From NCBI GenBank assembly GCA_029717555.1, contig JAMDHS010000011.1, positions 124,001-188,000 of the forward strand: a stretch of DNA of 64,000 nucleotides, read 5' to 3'. A program made the translations under genes and the position numbers. This document shows positions 36,970-49,156 of this stretch, piece by piece (the first letter of the stretch is position 1; each line of letters starts with the position of its first letter). The stretch comes from Peribolospora baueri (Eukaryota). Under the pieces are notes generated by a model. The model was given only the letters and a program-made list of their open reading frames with translations. It was not told the DNA's origin and searched no databases.

Positions 36970-38487
36970 TCAGGCAGCCACGTCTGGCAGATCGCCGAAG
37001 CGATACATGCCCCAGGCCTGTGAACGAGGCCGACAAGAACTTATTTAAGAGACTGAGCGATACCCGCAACTGGCCCGACCGACGACTCACCATGCTACCT
37101 TCGTCCATGGCGAACATCTTGCTCGCCGCCTCAGTCGGCCGACTCGCTCCAAGCCCCACGAGGACGGGCAATAAGTGCTCCGGGGAAGGGTGAGCCTTGC
37201 GGAACGTGGGTTGCATGAACAATCCCCGAGCCGCCGACCAGCGCGGATCTTCCTTTTCGTCGGCGGAGACCGGGCTGGACGACGGGATGAGAGCCTCGTT
37301 GACTGCTCGCATGAACGGTCCCGTATATGGAGCGTTCAGTCCAGGTCGTTGCATGTAGGACCATATCTCGCGCTGGAGAGAAAAGAGGGACAGGCCGGGT
37401 AGACGTGGCACAGGAGGATCAATGGCCGGCCGGTGAACCAATAGCCTCTCAAAGTCGCTCACCAGGTTGTGCACGGGCATGCCACTGGCAAGAATGACGA
37501 TGCCCTGGTCCCGGAGACCTCTGAGCGCCTTTCCAAGCTCCAAAGCACCTTCCGGGTCTTCTGTCCTCGGCAAGCTGACTTGGCAGATGGGGATGTCGGT
37601 GCCGCCTTGGCTGGACGAGTTCGAGAGCGTCGAGGAGGCGTTGAAGCCGAACATGGCCTTGAACGGCACCCAGACGCCGTGGTCGAGTCCTCGCTTGACA
37701 GGCTCGGCGCGGACGCCTTGAGAGCGCAAATGGGAAAGCACGACGGAGGAGAAGGAGGACGGGTTACGGGAGTGGAACTGCTGCTTGTAGTAAGAGTGGG
37801 GGAAGCCGTCTGATCAGGGCGAGCGGATTTGTCAACGACCATCTTCCCTTCCGGCGATAGATCGGAAGGAACACATACAGAAGTCGTAAACGAGCGGGTT
37901 TTTCTCGTCGATGTTGACTGTAAGAGTTAAACAGTATGGCAATGAATCAAGGCAGGTCGTGATGGACCGCCCCGCCCGCCTGCTCACCCCAGACGCCCTC
38001 AGGAAGCTCGTCGGCTTGCCAGTGAGCGCTAACGACGACGATACCCTTGGGCTTGACTTTGTCCGTGAGCTCCTTGCCCATGGCCACCCACGCCTTGTGT
38101 GCAGGATGATCGAACTCGAAAAGGGTTGGAGGACCGCCGTGAGATTGACTAAGTCCGGTGGGGAAACGAAACTCGCGGTTGGGTCAGATCTGGATATGAG
38201 CTTTGTCGACCCACTCACAAATACACCGGTACCCTCTGCCCTGACGTGTCCTCGTTGGCCGCAGACATGGCCACCAAACTAGATGCTGATTTGGAGGGAA
38301 GTGAAGAAGCTGGTGAGGCTATGGACGAGCGTTGCGAGGGCTGAGGCTGAGGCACGACGGAGCGAGAGAAGCGAGCGAAGAAGGAAGCTGATGGCCGAGC
38401 CACTTTGAAATCGGAGAAAGAGAGCGCAAAATAAACGGCGAGAGCGAGGACGAGGGCGGACAAGGAGGCGCGAACGACTGAAGACAT
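36970..38487 (-). CDS. Extradiol ring-cleavage dioxygenase class III subunit B (LigB/DODA-like) with N-terminal hydrophobic segment
   Basis: PVYFQSHGGP, VSAHWQ, LVYDF, RGLDHGVWVPF, SGMPVHNL and AHPSPEHLLP across spliced exons. Confidence 0.9.
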
Positions 38488-38667
38488 GGGTTGTACGCAA
38501 GATAAAGAGAACCGTCGACCGACCTCGACGTCGACATCGTCTTCAAACGTCGAGCTCGCCCCGGACGGACGTTACGTAAGATCAACGGCCGAGAGCCGGA
38601 CATTAGACGACAACGATCTGAGCCGAACATCCGGTCGATCACCTCTTCTCGCTCACCACGACCCGCC

Positions 38668-39478
38668 ATGGAAGCCGGGGACGCACCGGCGGCGATGGCG
38701 ACGGCAGATGAGGCCAAGGAGAGAACGAGGAACAGGATCAAGTTTGAGACCGACCTCGAGGTGAGCTACCCGAGTCGCGACGTCTTCGACCTGGCGCACT
38801 GAGAGCCCCCCGTCCCTTGTTCGTCGACGCAGTTCTTGCAGAGTCTCGCAAACCCTCTCTATCTGCACAGTGAGTCGGCCCTCGCCATCCTCTCCTCCGC
38901 ATTGGAGCAACCCTCCACGCTCAGCTTCGTCTTCTTCTCAATGGACGACCGAAAGCGCTTGCCCAGCAGAACCGGTTCGAGGATCCCGCGCTTCTCAAGT
39001 ATCTCGAGTACCTCAAGTACTGGCAGCGCCCCGAGTATGCGCGCTTTGTGATGTGAGCTTACGGATGGAAGGTCAATCCGAGAGGTGAATGGCCATTCGA
39101 GGCCGGCTGACGTGAACGACTGACCGTGCCAACCATCCGCATTTTTTTCTTCCCCGCAGCTTCCCACAAGCCCTCCACCATCTCGACCTCCTCATCTCTT
39201 CGCCGGATTTTCGGGCCGCCCTCAAGCATCAAGAGACAGCTCGCTTTCTGGCGACGCAGCAAGAAGGACACTGGGCAACATGGTGAGGATATGCTTGTGT
39301 CACGTTCAGCCGGTGCTGCTCTTCCGTCAACCTTTCTGAGCTGAGTCCCTCCATCGCCGTCGGGCCTTGGCCAATCTTCAGGCGCAACGACTCGATGGAC
39401 GAGGCAAAACGGCGTACCAGCGGCGGCGACGCCAGCATCTCACCAGCCGGTTTTGATGGCGAAGAAGCGGCGTTCTGA
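38668..39478 (+). CDS. MED31: Mediator subunit Med31/Soh1
   Basis: Five exons give IKFETDLE-FLQSLANPLYLH-TLAQQNRFEDPALLKYLEYLKYWQRPEYARFVI-FPQALHHLDLL...FRAAL...HWATWR, the Soh1 signature. The ORF track does not show it as a unit. Confidence 0.93.
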
Positions 39479-40339
39479 GCGGTACCTGTACATCCCGCGG
39501 AGCGAATGCACTCATCCTTCCGGGTCGATTTCATATCCGAGTCGTCGCACGGGAACGTTACTGCGAGAAACGATCCCCTCCTAGATTCTGTGGGATGATC
39601 TGGACTGTGGTCAGTGGCTAGGGCGCCCACAGTGTGGATGTGGATGTCCTGGCTTGTATTTGTAGCGATGATTGACTATAATCAGAACCGACGCGTTGCG
39701 AGTTTCACGGTAGTCGGCACTTCAACCTCTTGCAGGACGTTTTCAGGTTGCTGAGTATTACAGTTTTAGACACCATAAGGCCACTTCTTCCTTCACTCCC
39801 ACCGCCAGGAGAGGGTGGCTCTGTGGTCGAGCGCTCGAACCTCGACCCTGCGGTGTGAGAGCACAAACTGCAGGAGCCCAGGTTGGAGCTCAACCATCTT
39901 CAGTCTTGACCTCGGCCACCCCAAGAAAGGCAAGTCATCACCATGGAAGGATCAGCCCACTAATATTGCATCCGGGCAGCTCTCTCCCTTTGCACCTGGC
40001 TGCTAGTCAGTGAGAGTTCTTCTGGGATATCTGACGGGCGAAGGGATGGGCGCTAAGAGCGTAACGGAAGAACGCGACGTCACTACGAAGACTTTCAATC
40101 TGTTGCTCCATTCCAACTTACACACTCTCTTTTGCTGGACAAGATGACACAGATTCAACAGGCTGTGCGAATAGCCATGGAAACGCACAACAGCGAGCGT
40201 CACATGAGATCATGTCTCCAGGGAACTGACGCAAGGCACTGCCAGGAGAGCAGAGAGGAGACATCGATACGCGCGCCTCCATCTCACCCCACGACGTCAT
40301 CAGCAGCACAGGGATCTAGTTACATGCTGGAATACGCAG

Positions 40340-42087
40340 TCAAAGAAGCTGGCCGACGGGATTCAGCCCCTGCGTTCCGTCCGTGTCTCGGTACACCAGC
40401 CTGCCGCGCAGGAACGTCTGTCGGACGATACCTTGCAGGCGCTTTCCTTCATATGGACTGACCTTGTTCTTGAACTGGAGCCGATCTTTTGTAACCTGAC
40501 GTAGTCGACATAGCGAAGAAACGAAAAATCATCAGAGCATCTCCATGGACGGGGAAAAACTAAGATTAAACGACGCTCACCGTAAAGTGAGCATGCGGAT
40601 CAAACAAGACGAAGTCGGCGTCGGCGCCCTTCTTCAGTGCGCCTTTCTTGCCTTCCAAACCTGCCTGCTTGGCCGGCTTCTCCGAGCACCAGCGGATGAT
40701 CCTGTCCAACCCCACGCCGCGCCTCTGCGCTTCCGTCCACATGAGGCTCAAGCCCAGCCCGAGGCTGCCGATGCCTCCCCATGCGCCCATGAAGTCGCCT
40801 TTGTCCATTTTCTTGAGTTCGACGACGCACGGTGAATGGTCGCTCACCACGTAGTCGATCTCTTCGTCCAGCAAAGCTTTCCAGAGCGCCTCGCGATTCG
40901 ACGAGGAGCGGATGGGAGGACAGCACTTAAAGTCACATCTGCTGTCGGGGACGTCTTCGGCATCGAGACAGAGGTAGTGAAAGCAAGTCTCTACGCTCAG
41001 CTTCGGCGCATTACCCTTGCGCGCATCACGGAGGAGCAGGAGCGCCTCGGAGGCGGAGAGGTGGACGATGTGTGTGCGCACGGACGGATGACGGGCCGAG
41101 AGCTTTGCGACTAAGGCGATGGCGGCGGATTCGGACGAGGAGGGGCGGGAGCGGAGGAACGTCGAGTAGACGTTTGGCGGGCAGCTCGAGTCGGGACCCA
41201 CGTCTGGCAGATCTTTTTCAGCGTGAAACATGAGCAGCGAGTCTGTTCCCTAGAAGACGGTCCAGAAAAGGATGAGTCAGTGTGACCATCGTCGAGAGAA
41301 GGAGATTTCGTCCGGCCTGGCTAAGCAAATACTTGCGTGTAACACTCACCTCCAGCTTGCTGAGAGCCTGGTCAATATCCTCCTCATCCACGTGAGGGAA
41401 CTCTTCCACCCCGCTCGGAGCCATGAAGCACTTGAATCCCCGGACCCCGGCTTTGATCAGCGGTTGTAGATCGTCCTGAGCAAGGAGGAAAGATTAGGAC
41501 GTGAAGGAGATTAGGCACCCCTGATCGTTCTCACCCTGTCTGGTTCCAGCTGGGACGGCTCACCTGATTACCAGGGATGGCGCCCCCCCAGAATCCGACG
41601 TCAGCCCAGCACTTGCCTCTTGCAGCCTGCTTCTTGACCTCAAGATTCTCAACGGTGGTGGTGGGCGGCAAGGAATTAAGAGGCATGTCGACCAACGTGG
41701 TCACTCCGCCGCTGACCGCCGCTTGAGTTCCAGTAGCGAACCCTTCCCAATGCGTGCGTCCGGGCTCATTAAGGTGGACATGAGCGCTGTCGAAGATGAG
41801 AGAGAAAAGATAGCGAGCATATGAGTGCCCAGGCTGTCGTCCTAATCGCTTCTGTGGACGACTCACTCGACCAGACCAGGCAAGACCACGAGCTCACCGG
41901 CATCGATCCAATGCTCGTCGTCCTTTATCCTGCCCCCATATTCGCTTCTGGCCGCCCGACCAGGTCTCACGTCGGTGTAGGTTCCCGTCGCGAGGTCCAC
42001 CTCGAGCGTCGCTGGCTCGGGCCCAGCGGCTCCGGGGAGGAGGACGCGGGAGCCTGTGACTACGAGGAGATCGGTGGGAGTCGCCAT
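40340..42087 (-). CDS. DAL1: Allantoinase (amidohydrolase superfamily)
   Basis: [103 protein letters not shown]. Confidence 0.95.
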
Positions 42088-42675
42088 GAGTGGCCAGACC
42101 GAGAGAGTTGTTTGGAGAAGCTCGGGGCGAGGACGAGCTGGTTGGAGATGGTGGTGTGTGTGGTATTGCCGTCCTCGACGGAAGAAGATAAGCCGCCCCG
42201 CGACGTCCTCTCCTCGGCCAATTCTCGGATACGCCGAGACGCGTCGCAGAGCGTCTGTAGGCCTGGCATGGGCAATGCACCCCAAGGATTGCCACTCCTT
42301 GCGCATGACGAGCTCGATGTTGGACGGTCCATGTCATTAATATAACACCATCATGTCTCAGAAATCAGCCCCCCACCAAAAGACAATGTACCGTCGAGAT
42401 TTCCTCTTGGATATCAGGGATGGGGGAAGATGAACTGGGGACTCGCAAATTTTGTTGTAGGCGCGAAGTCCGAACCTCTACCGGTGGGCAAAAAAAAAAA
42501 TAAAGATATAGTACGAGCACAAACCCGCGTGCCCTCTCCGGCGTACTCTAATCGGAAACGATGGGAAAGGGGGGGGGGGCAGATGTTCGGAAACGAAAGG
42601 ACCTTGGGAACATCGACGATGAGGATGCGAGATGTGAAAACATGAACGAAAGCCGATCAAACTTCTCTAGCCGGA

Positions 42676-44560
42676 TCAGACGCCGGGGGCCGGCGGGACG
42701 CTGGTGATCTTGGTGTGTCGGAAGGCGATGATGATCAGGAGGCCGAGGCCGGCGGCTACGACCAGCTCGAGCCAGCTGCGGATGTAGAGGTTGGTCGGTC
42801 CATCAGCGCTCGTCCTTTCTTTTCTTCACCGCCACGTACAGCGGCCACTTACATCCATTGGAAAGCCTGCAACAAAACGGCGTCGAAGCCGGCGCGTAAT
42901 TCCTGGGTGTCCAACAAAGCGGCAGAGCTACCGCCGAGCAGCGCGTTGGAGTCAACGGCGCCGTGAAGCCCGGCGCTATCGATGAACTTTTGCCCATGGA
43001 AGTAAGCAAGGAGCCGCCGGTGGCAATGCCAATGAGAGCGCCGAAGGTGGTCGCGAGCGCCAGGAGCGAGCCGCCTTGGGACATTTGAGACGGCAAGAGA
43101 AGGAAAGAAGACGTCCTCACTCAAATTGCAGAGCGCTCCGGCTCCTAGACCGAGAATGATCCCGTACCCGTAGATAGTAACGTTGGGTATCGTGGAGTTG
43201 ACCGTGTACAGCAAACCGCCGCCAACAGCGCTCAGCACGGCGCCGAGAGCCATCCACGGTGACCACCAACCCCATAACTGGGCGGCGAGGAAGAGGACGT
43301 GCGTAAGCTGGCGTGAGAGACAAAGTCGGCCGCGGATGACTTTGCTCACCTCGACGAAAAAGCCGCAAAGCGCGACGGATATGGTGCCGAAGACGATGAA
43401 GGGTAGCAGTTGGACGGCAGCTCTAATCGCCGAATCACTATGAAGGACGAGACGAGGAATGAGTAGGACGTCCGTTTGGAGACGCGAAAGGAGTCTCTGC
43501 ACTTACACGCAGCAACTCGAAGAAGATGGGAAGGAAGTAGGGCGGGGTGAGGGCGACAACGCCGCCCATGACAGTCTGGACGAAGAGTAAGGAGATGTTG
43601 CGATGCTGAAGGAAGGTCTCGATGGGGAACGTCCGGTGCTGTCGCTGGAGCGTTGGCCGTATCTGGGTGAGGAAAAAGAGAGCGAAAATGAAGTGAGAGC
43701 CCACGAGCGGATTGCAACGTGGAAGAGGAAGGCAGAGCTTCAGAAGGAGGCGCCATTTTTGGGTAACTTCCGGCCAAAGATTACTCACCCGAGCACCTTC
43801 GCGGACTTTCATGAGAAGCCGGCAGTTCCGCCGACGAGAAGAGGGTAGACGAGGGCGACACATGCGCATATGCTCACGATCATTCCGAGAAAGCCCAGTG
43901 CCTGAATACGCTCCAGCAACGAGGGACGTATGCTAGTTTTTCCAGCAAGTTCACCATCGTGCAGCGGTGGAAATGATGGCAGAAGCAAAATGAGAAAAAT
44001 GAAAGCCGCTCCACCAATGGGGAGGTTCAGATAAAGATCTTTCGTGGCCACGAGGAAGAGGATACAGACTTCAGTTGATCGAACAATGTGCCGTGGTAGA
44101 TACCGGCTCGGTCCACCCACCCAGCGCCAGGTCGTCGTCTTGACGATACCACCCGCCATCAGAGGCCCGATCTTGATGCAGACCGCCCACCAGACAGGGA
44201 CAACCATGTGTGTCTCGATTTCACATCTGTGAGCTGACCGATGAGGTAGTAGACGCCGACGAAGATGCCTGCACCTCCGAAGCCGGCGACGGCCCGTCCG
44301 GCGATCAGCATGGCCAGGCTTGACGCCGCTCCGCAGAGGGCAGCCAATCTCGAAGATGGCCAAAGACTGTAGCAAAGCCCACAGGAGTCAGAGCGGGTTG
44401 GACAGGGCGATGCGTCGAAAAAGGAAGAGCTCACGAATATGAAGATCCATTTGGCGTCGAACGAGGCGAAAACGTGTCCTAGGACAACCCACTCTTCTCA
44501 TCAGCGACCATGCTTGCACCTTTACGAAAATATTACCCAGTTACCTACCCAGGCTTCCTA
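42676..44560 (-). pseudogene. Degenerate MFS drug:H+ antiporter (DHA2-like)
   Basis: Recognisable segments FDAKWIF, AIFEIG/ALCGAA...LIAGRAVAGFGGAGI, IGPLMAGG..TWRW, YLNLPIGG and YFLPIFF are broken by frameshifts (~44340, ~44190, ~42995) and an in-frame TGA at 43809-43811 (GFS*KSAKV). No intact start found. Confidence 0.75.
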
Positions 44561-44763
44561 TGCGTTAACACTTTCGAGAAAACCAAACTTTCAACGCTGC
44601 CACGAGCAAAGACGACCAAAGACGTGTTAGAGCCCTCTTCTCGCCATCGGAAGGGAGGGGAGACCGAGGGCGACACGAAGAGGGAGACTCAAAGCCCTTC
44701 CAATTATAGAGTAGAGGAAGAACTCCATAGTCAGGGTACAAAGTGTACAGCTCCAAGTTCTCA

Positions 44764-45682
44764 TTAAGCCTTCGCATTCTTTTCCACCTTGTCCATGATT
44801 TCCTCCGCTTCCCTCGCGCAATGCTTCGTCTCCTCGCCCGCCTGACTGTGCACTTTGATCTCTCCAAAACGCCGTTTCCAAGTACGCCACCTTTCCAAAG
44901 AGTAATAGTCCCGAACGTCCGGACCGTGTGGTTTTCCGTCTCTCTCTTGCTGCAGCGGCGAAACAAGAGTGGACCACTAAAACGGATCCATTCGGCCGCG
45001 ACGGGAACGAGTCTGTCCAACCTGGCACCCAGCTTTTGGTATGCCCGGGCACGGGGGTCGGGCTCTTTTTCCTCAAGAGCTAAGCTCAAGGCCACCGTGG
45101 CGTCATATGTGGAATCGTAACCGACGTCTCGAGTGAGGCGCATGGCGAAGCCATGATAACTTTCCCAGCAGCGAATTTCGTCGTCGATATCGATTTCTGG
45201 AGGGATTAGTGGGTCAAACATGAGGGGGGGGGGGGGAGTGGAAAAAGGCTAAGAAGAAGCAAACGTTGTGGGGATCAATGGAGGAGACTCACGATGCATC
45301 TCTTCAGTCATAACAGGCCCCAGCAGCGGCAGATCCTCCCAAAGCCTCGATTCAGACCCCCAGATGTTCACCCGAATCTCGCTCGGCAGATAGCGGAGCG
45401 TCTTGATCAGCTCTGCGAGCCTGTCTTGCGACGGATGCTGCCATGGAATCTGCCGCACCATCAAGCAGATGAATACCCACATCCACCAGAGAAAACTCTC
45501 GGGATCTTCCTTTTCTTCTCCTTCTATTGCGGGACGGTTCTGAGGGAAAAGACGGTGCAACTGCTGAGCGGCAGTCGTCGGCGAGACTGTGCTGGACGGC
45601 TGGAGATAGGCTTGAGGGCATCAAAATATTCTCGCTCGACGTGCCACTCGTCGTCGGGAGGTTCGAAATGGAGGGCCGCCAT
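44764..45682 (-). pseudogene. DUF3632-like gene with two frameshifts
   Basis: ESFLWWMW...RQIPWQHPSQDRLAELIKTL...LWEDLPLLGP, WESYHGFAMRL, VAAEWIRFSG and YSLERWRTWKRRF resemble DUF3632 proteins. The frame breaks at ~45610 (AAG CC TAT) and in the GA repeat at ~44940. Confidence 0.7.
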
Positions 45683-45917
45683 GTGACTGCGAAGGGAAGG
45701 GTTTGGATGTGATGGAATAGAGACAAGCACGAGCGAGCGACGTCGAGAGTATGAGACGATGACTAAGCACACGACTCCCCCGAGGCTGTGTTCACGACAG
45801 CAACTCCTGCTGCTACCGAAATATGGAAGTAGGTCGCGCTTAGCATCATCTTTGGAGAAAACGCGACGTATCGAAAACATAAGGCTTCCAGGAGCAGCTA
45901 CAGAAATTAAAAACACG

Positions 45918-48684
45918 TTAAAAGAGTTCGGCGGACCGCCAGCCCGCCATCCACGCTCCGATCTTAGCCGCAGTCCCACGATCTACGACGACGCGCACGC
46001 CTCTGCGCCCTCTTGGGCTATCGACGGCCCAAGAGGCACCCAGGCGCTCGACGAGCAGCGCGTCAAGTGAAGCCAGATGGGATGAGAGCGGGACGGATAG
46101 TCCGAGGCTTGCGGAGAGGTCCGAAAGGGTGAGGATGACTGTCGCTTCCGGTTCCACTGCCGATCCAGTCGAAAGGAGGCGTGCGCGCTCTCCCATTTCC
46201 TCTTCCTCTGCCCTTCCCTCCTCGTCAGCTTCCGAATCAGCATCATCCCGATACTGCGTCCCTGCGACTGAGGCACCGCTATCGGTTAATCCAGCCTCCC
46301 TGACTTTCGCCTCCAGCAGCAGAGCCAAGCGAGTCTCTAACTTGGCTATCCAACCACGATAAACCTCCTCGTATGCCTTTGCCGCCGGGCTATGTGCTCT
46401 TCCGCCATGCTCGATTGACGTTCCGGAGCCGTCGCTCGCCTGTTCCTGTCCCTCGCTGGCACGGACGGGAAAGACTTCCACAGCGGCGCCTCCGAACAAG
46501 GACCTGTAAAGCACCGCGCTGCCAGGCGTCGCCGTCGTGGGCTGCGAACGGCCCGCGCCGCCTGCGCTCCGACCTTGAACGGCCGTCGTTCCTCGCACGA
46601 GCCACCACGGGAGCCACCACCAGCCTGCGAAAAGCATCCTCATGGCTATAGCCAGGCGCAAGAACAGGACCCTGGTGCAAGAGGAAGACGGAGGGCAAGT
46701 CCTGAACAGCGTTTCCTGACGACGCCGAAGTGGAGCACCGCCGGCATCGTCAGTATCATCTTGGCCGTCCACTCCTGGCCCTAGCGACGAGGAAGGACCA
46801 TTGGACCCGCCACGGACGACGGCCTGGACTTGCTCCTCGACCTGCTTGACAGTCCTCACGTCCTCGCTACCCCAAGCGAGAGGTACAAGCTTTCTCCCCC
46901 TCGACTTGCCCATCTTTTTGTCAAGCGCCGCGCTCGGTGTCGATAGGTAGAGGGAGGGCAGTCGGCGCTTCTCGAGGTGCAGGACGCCGGTGCCGGCGGC
47001 CGAGCGGGTTGAAGAGGAGGGAGAAGGAGAGGAAGCAGAGGGCGCAGAAGGATAAGAAAGAGAAGGCAAGGCGGAGACTGAAAAATCGACTAGGACGTCG
47101 AAGAGATGAGGTTTCTCGAATAAGAGCGCGTCCGACGTGTCTATATGAACGAAGGAATGCAGGACGGACATGACATCGGGGACATAATGTCTATGAGTGA
47201 GAGATGGCCGCGCATATACCTCACGCTGCCGGAGAGAATTCTAGAGCGTCAACGATGACTCACAAGCAACCCAACCCCTGCGCCGCTCATCGGTTGCGTC
47301 CGCCTCCAACCTTGCGAGGTCCACCAAACCGACGCTGCCCCACACAGGCAAGGTGCGGAAAAGCTCGTACTCGTCGTCAAACGTGGATGCCCCCTTTCTT
47401 CGTTCCATCGCGACCAACCATGCAAGCGCGATGGCAAAGTCGGCCATGGGATGAAGGGGTGGTGTGGAGTAGAAGAGGATGCGCGGAGCTCGAAAGGGAA
47501 GGGGAGACTCTGAAGCCTGAGTTGATAAAGTAGGGCTGGGTATGGAGGCGAGCAAAGCAAACTTGAGAAGGACGGGTAGAAACGGGCCGAGCGTACGGGA
47601 TAGGAGGGGGAGACGGAGTTGTGGATCATGTGGCTTGGGAAAGACAGAAGAGCATGACGCGGTGACAAGTTAGCAGAGCGCCCTCGGAGACGAAAGGGAC
47701 GCCTTTCCAAGGAGCGATATTCAAGAAAAGTCGGCGCACCTCGAGCTGCGTATCTGCCTGTGATCCTCCCATCTCATCGAAAGAATCTTGGTTTTGCGCA
47801 CGAAGAATGTCCTCCGCAAAAGTCGTCAGAGCATCAAACCCCTCTGGCTCGTCTCCAAGTCTCCCTGCAATAATTTTCAAGCTTTCGACGTGTCTGTGGA
47901 GGGAGAAAGCTTGTTGGGATTCTGATTTTGACGACGGGCCGCCATGGGCGTCACGGAACAGAAGGCCGACGCTCGTGAGTCGCGCCCCCCTTGAGTCTGG
48001 CCTATCGTCCGGATGTTTGACAAAGACAGCCAGTCCTTGGGAGGCGGAGTCGGGGCGCGTGAAGGTTCTGCCGATTGAGACGGAAGGAGGCGGAGGCCAC
48101 AAGGGGCGAGGGGGGTACGACGAGGTGAGCGGTCCGGTGAAACCCAGAAGTAGAGCAGCAGGCTCCTGGGAAAGAGCCAGGGAGAAAGCGGTAAAAAAAA
48201 AAAAGAGGGAGCGCTCCGCTCACATCACATCTTCCTCGACGAGATGCATCCCGCTCGGCAATGCTTGAAACTCGATGCCGTCCAGACTTTCGATGTCCTC
48301 CGCTTCTCCCTCTTGAACGTTTTGTTGGGTATCATGGTCGATCAATGTCGTATTCGTAGATGGATATCGATAGATGAGCTGGTTGCCTTTACGGGTATCA
48401 AACCTTATAGGAGGCACGTACGAAGAGAAATTTGAGCGTGTGAGTGAAGCCAGTACGAAGATTAGCCCTCTCCCGCAACGGCTACGAGCGCAACTACTCA
48501 AGAGAGCGGGTCACCCCTGTTATCGGGCCTATCCCGCCTTCATGAGTGCAGACGCCGTCTCTCCATCTCCCAGCACCGGACTGTACCAATTATGGCTCCA
48601 TGGGCACACCTACCTTACGACAAAAGCAGCCACGAGCCGAGCCGTCGTGGCTGGTCGACTGGCTGGAGGTGCTGAGTGGGCCAT
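45918..48684 (-). CDS. DENN-like protein of the DUF2347/LCHN (DENND11, Anr2) type
   Basis: LVAAFVVRFDTRKGNQLIYRYP...LDGIEFQALPSGMHLVEEDV, GLAVF...RGARLTSVGLL, RRILFYSTPP, VLHSFVHIDT..DALLFEKPHLFDVLVD; multi-exon. Confidence 0.75.
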
Positions 48685-49156
48685 GTCAGATTAAAAAACG
48701 CTCCGATTTGAGAATAAGCAGTGAGAACCGAGGTAGAAAAGGTTGAAAAGGCGACGTGTGACCAAAGATGGAGAAAAGGGAATGAAGGAGCGAAAGAGTT
48801 GCAGACAAGGTTGCGGGAGAACGGAAGAATGGAAGGCAGAGAGCTAGGTGCGCTTACCACGGGGACGAGCCCGATCACGCCCGCCGGCCGCTTGCGGCGT
48901 GGTCCACTCGATACGGCTAGTACATCCGAGCGTGACACTCGCCTCTGAAGCCATGCTCGCGTCCACCTTCGAGTTGTTCCTTTCATTGCGCTCCCCGAGG
49001 CGACCAATGCGGGAAAAAGTACGGCAAAATACATTACACACAGGCGTGGCCTTTGCAAACAAGGGAAGGCAAAAGCAAAATCGTTCGAAGGGCGCGAGGT
49101 CGAGACAATGTGCGAGACGAGCACGAGAAGCCACGACGAACACGTCGTCCGTCCCG

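Noticed and set aside
39480..40339. Short ORFs between MED31 and allantoinase
   Set aside because: No coherent exon chain or motif; probably convergent 3' UTRs or a relic.
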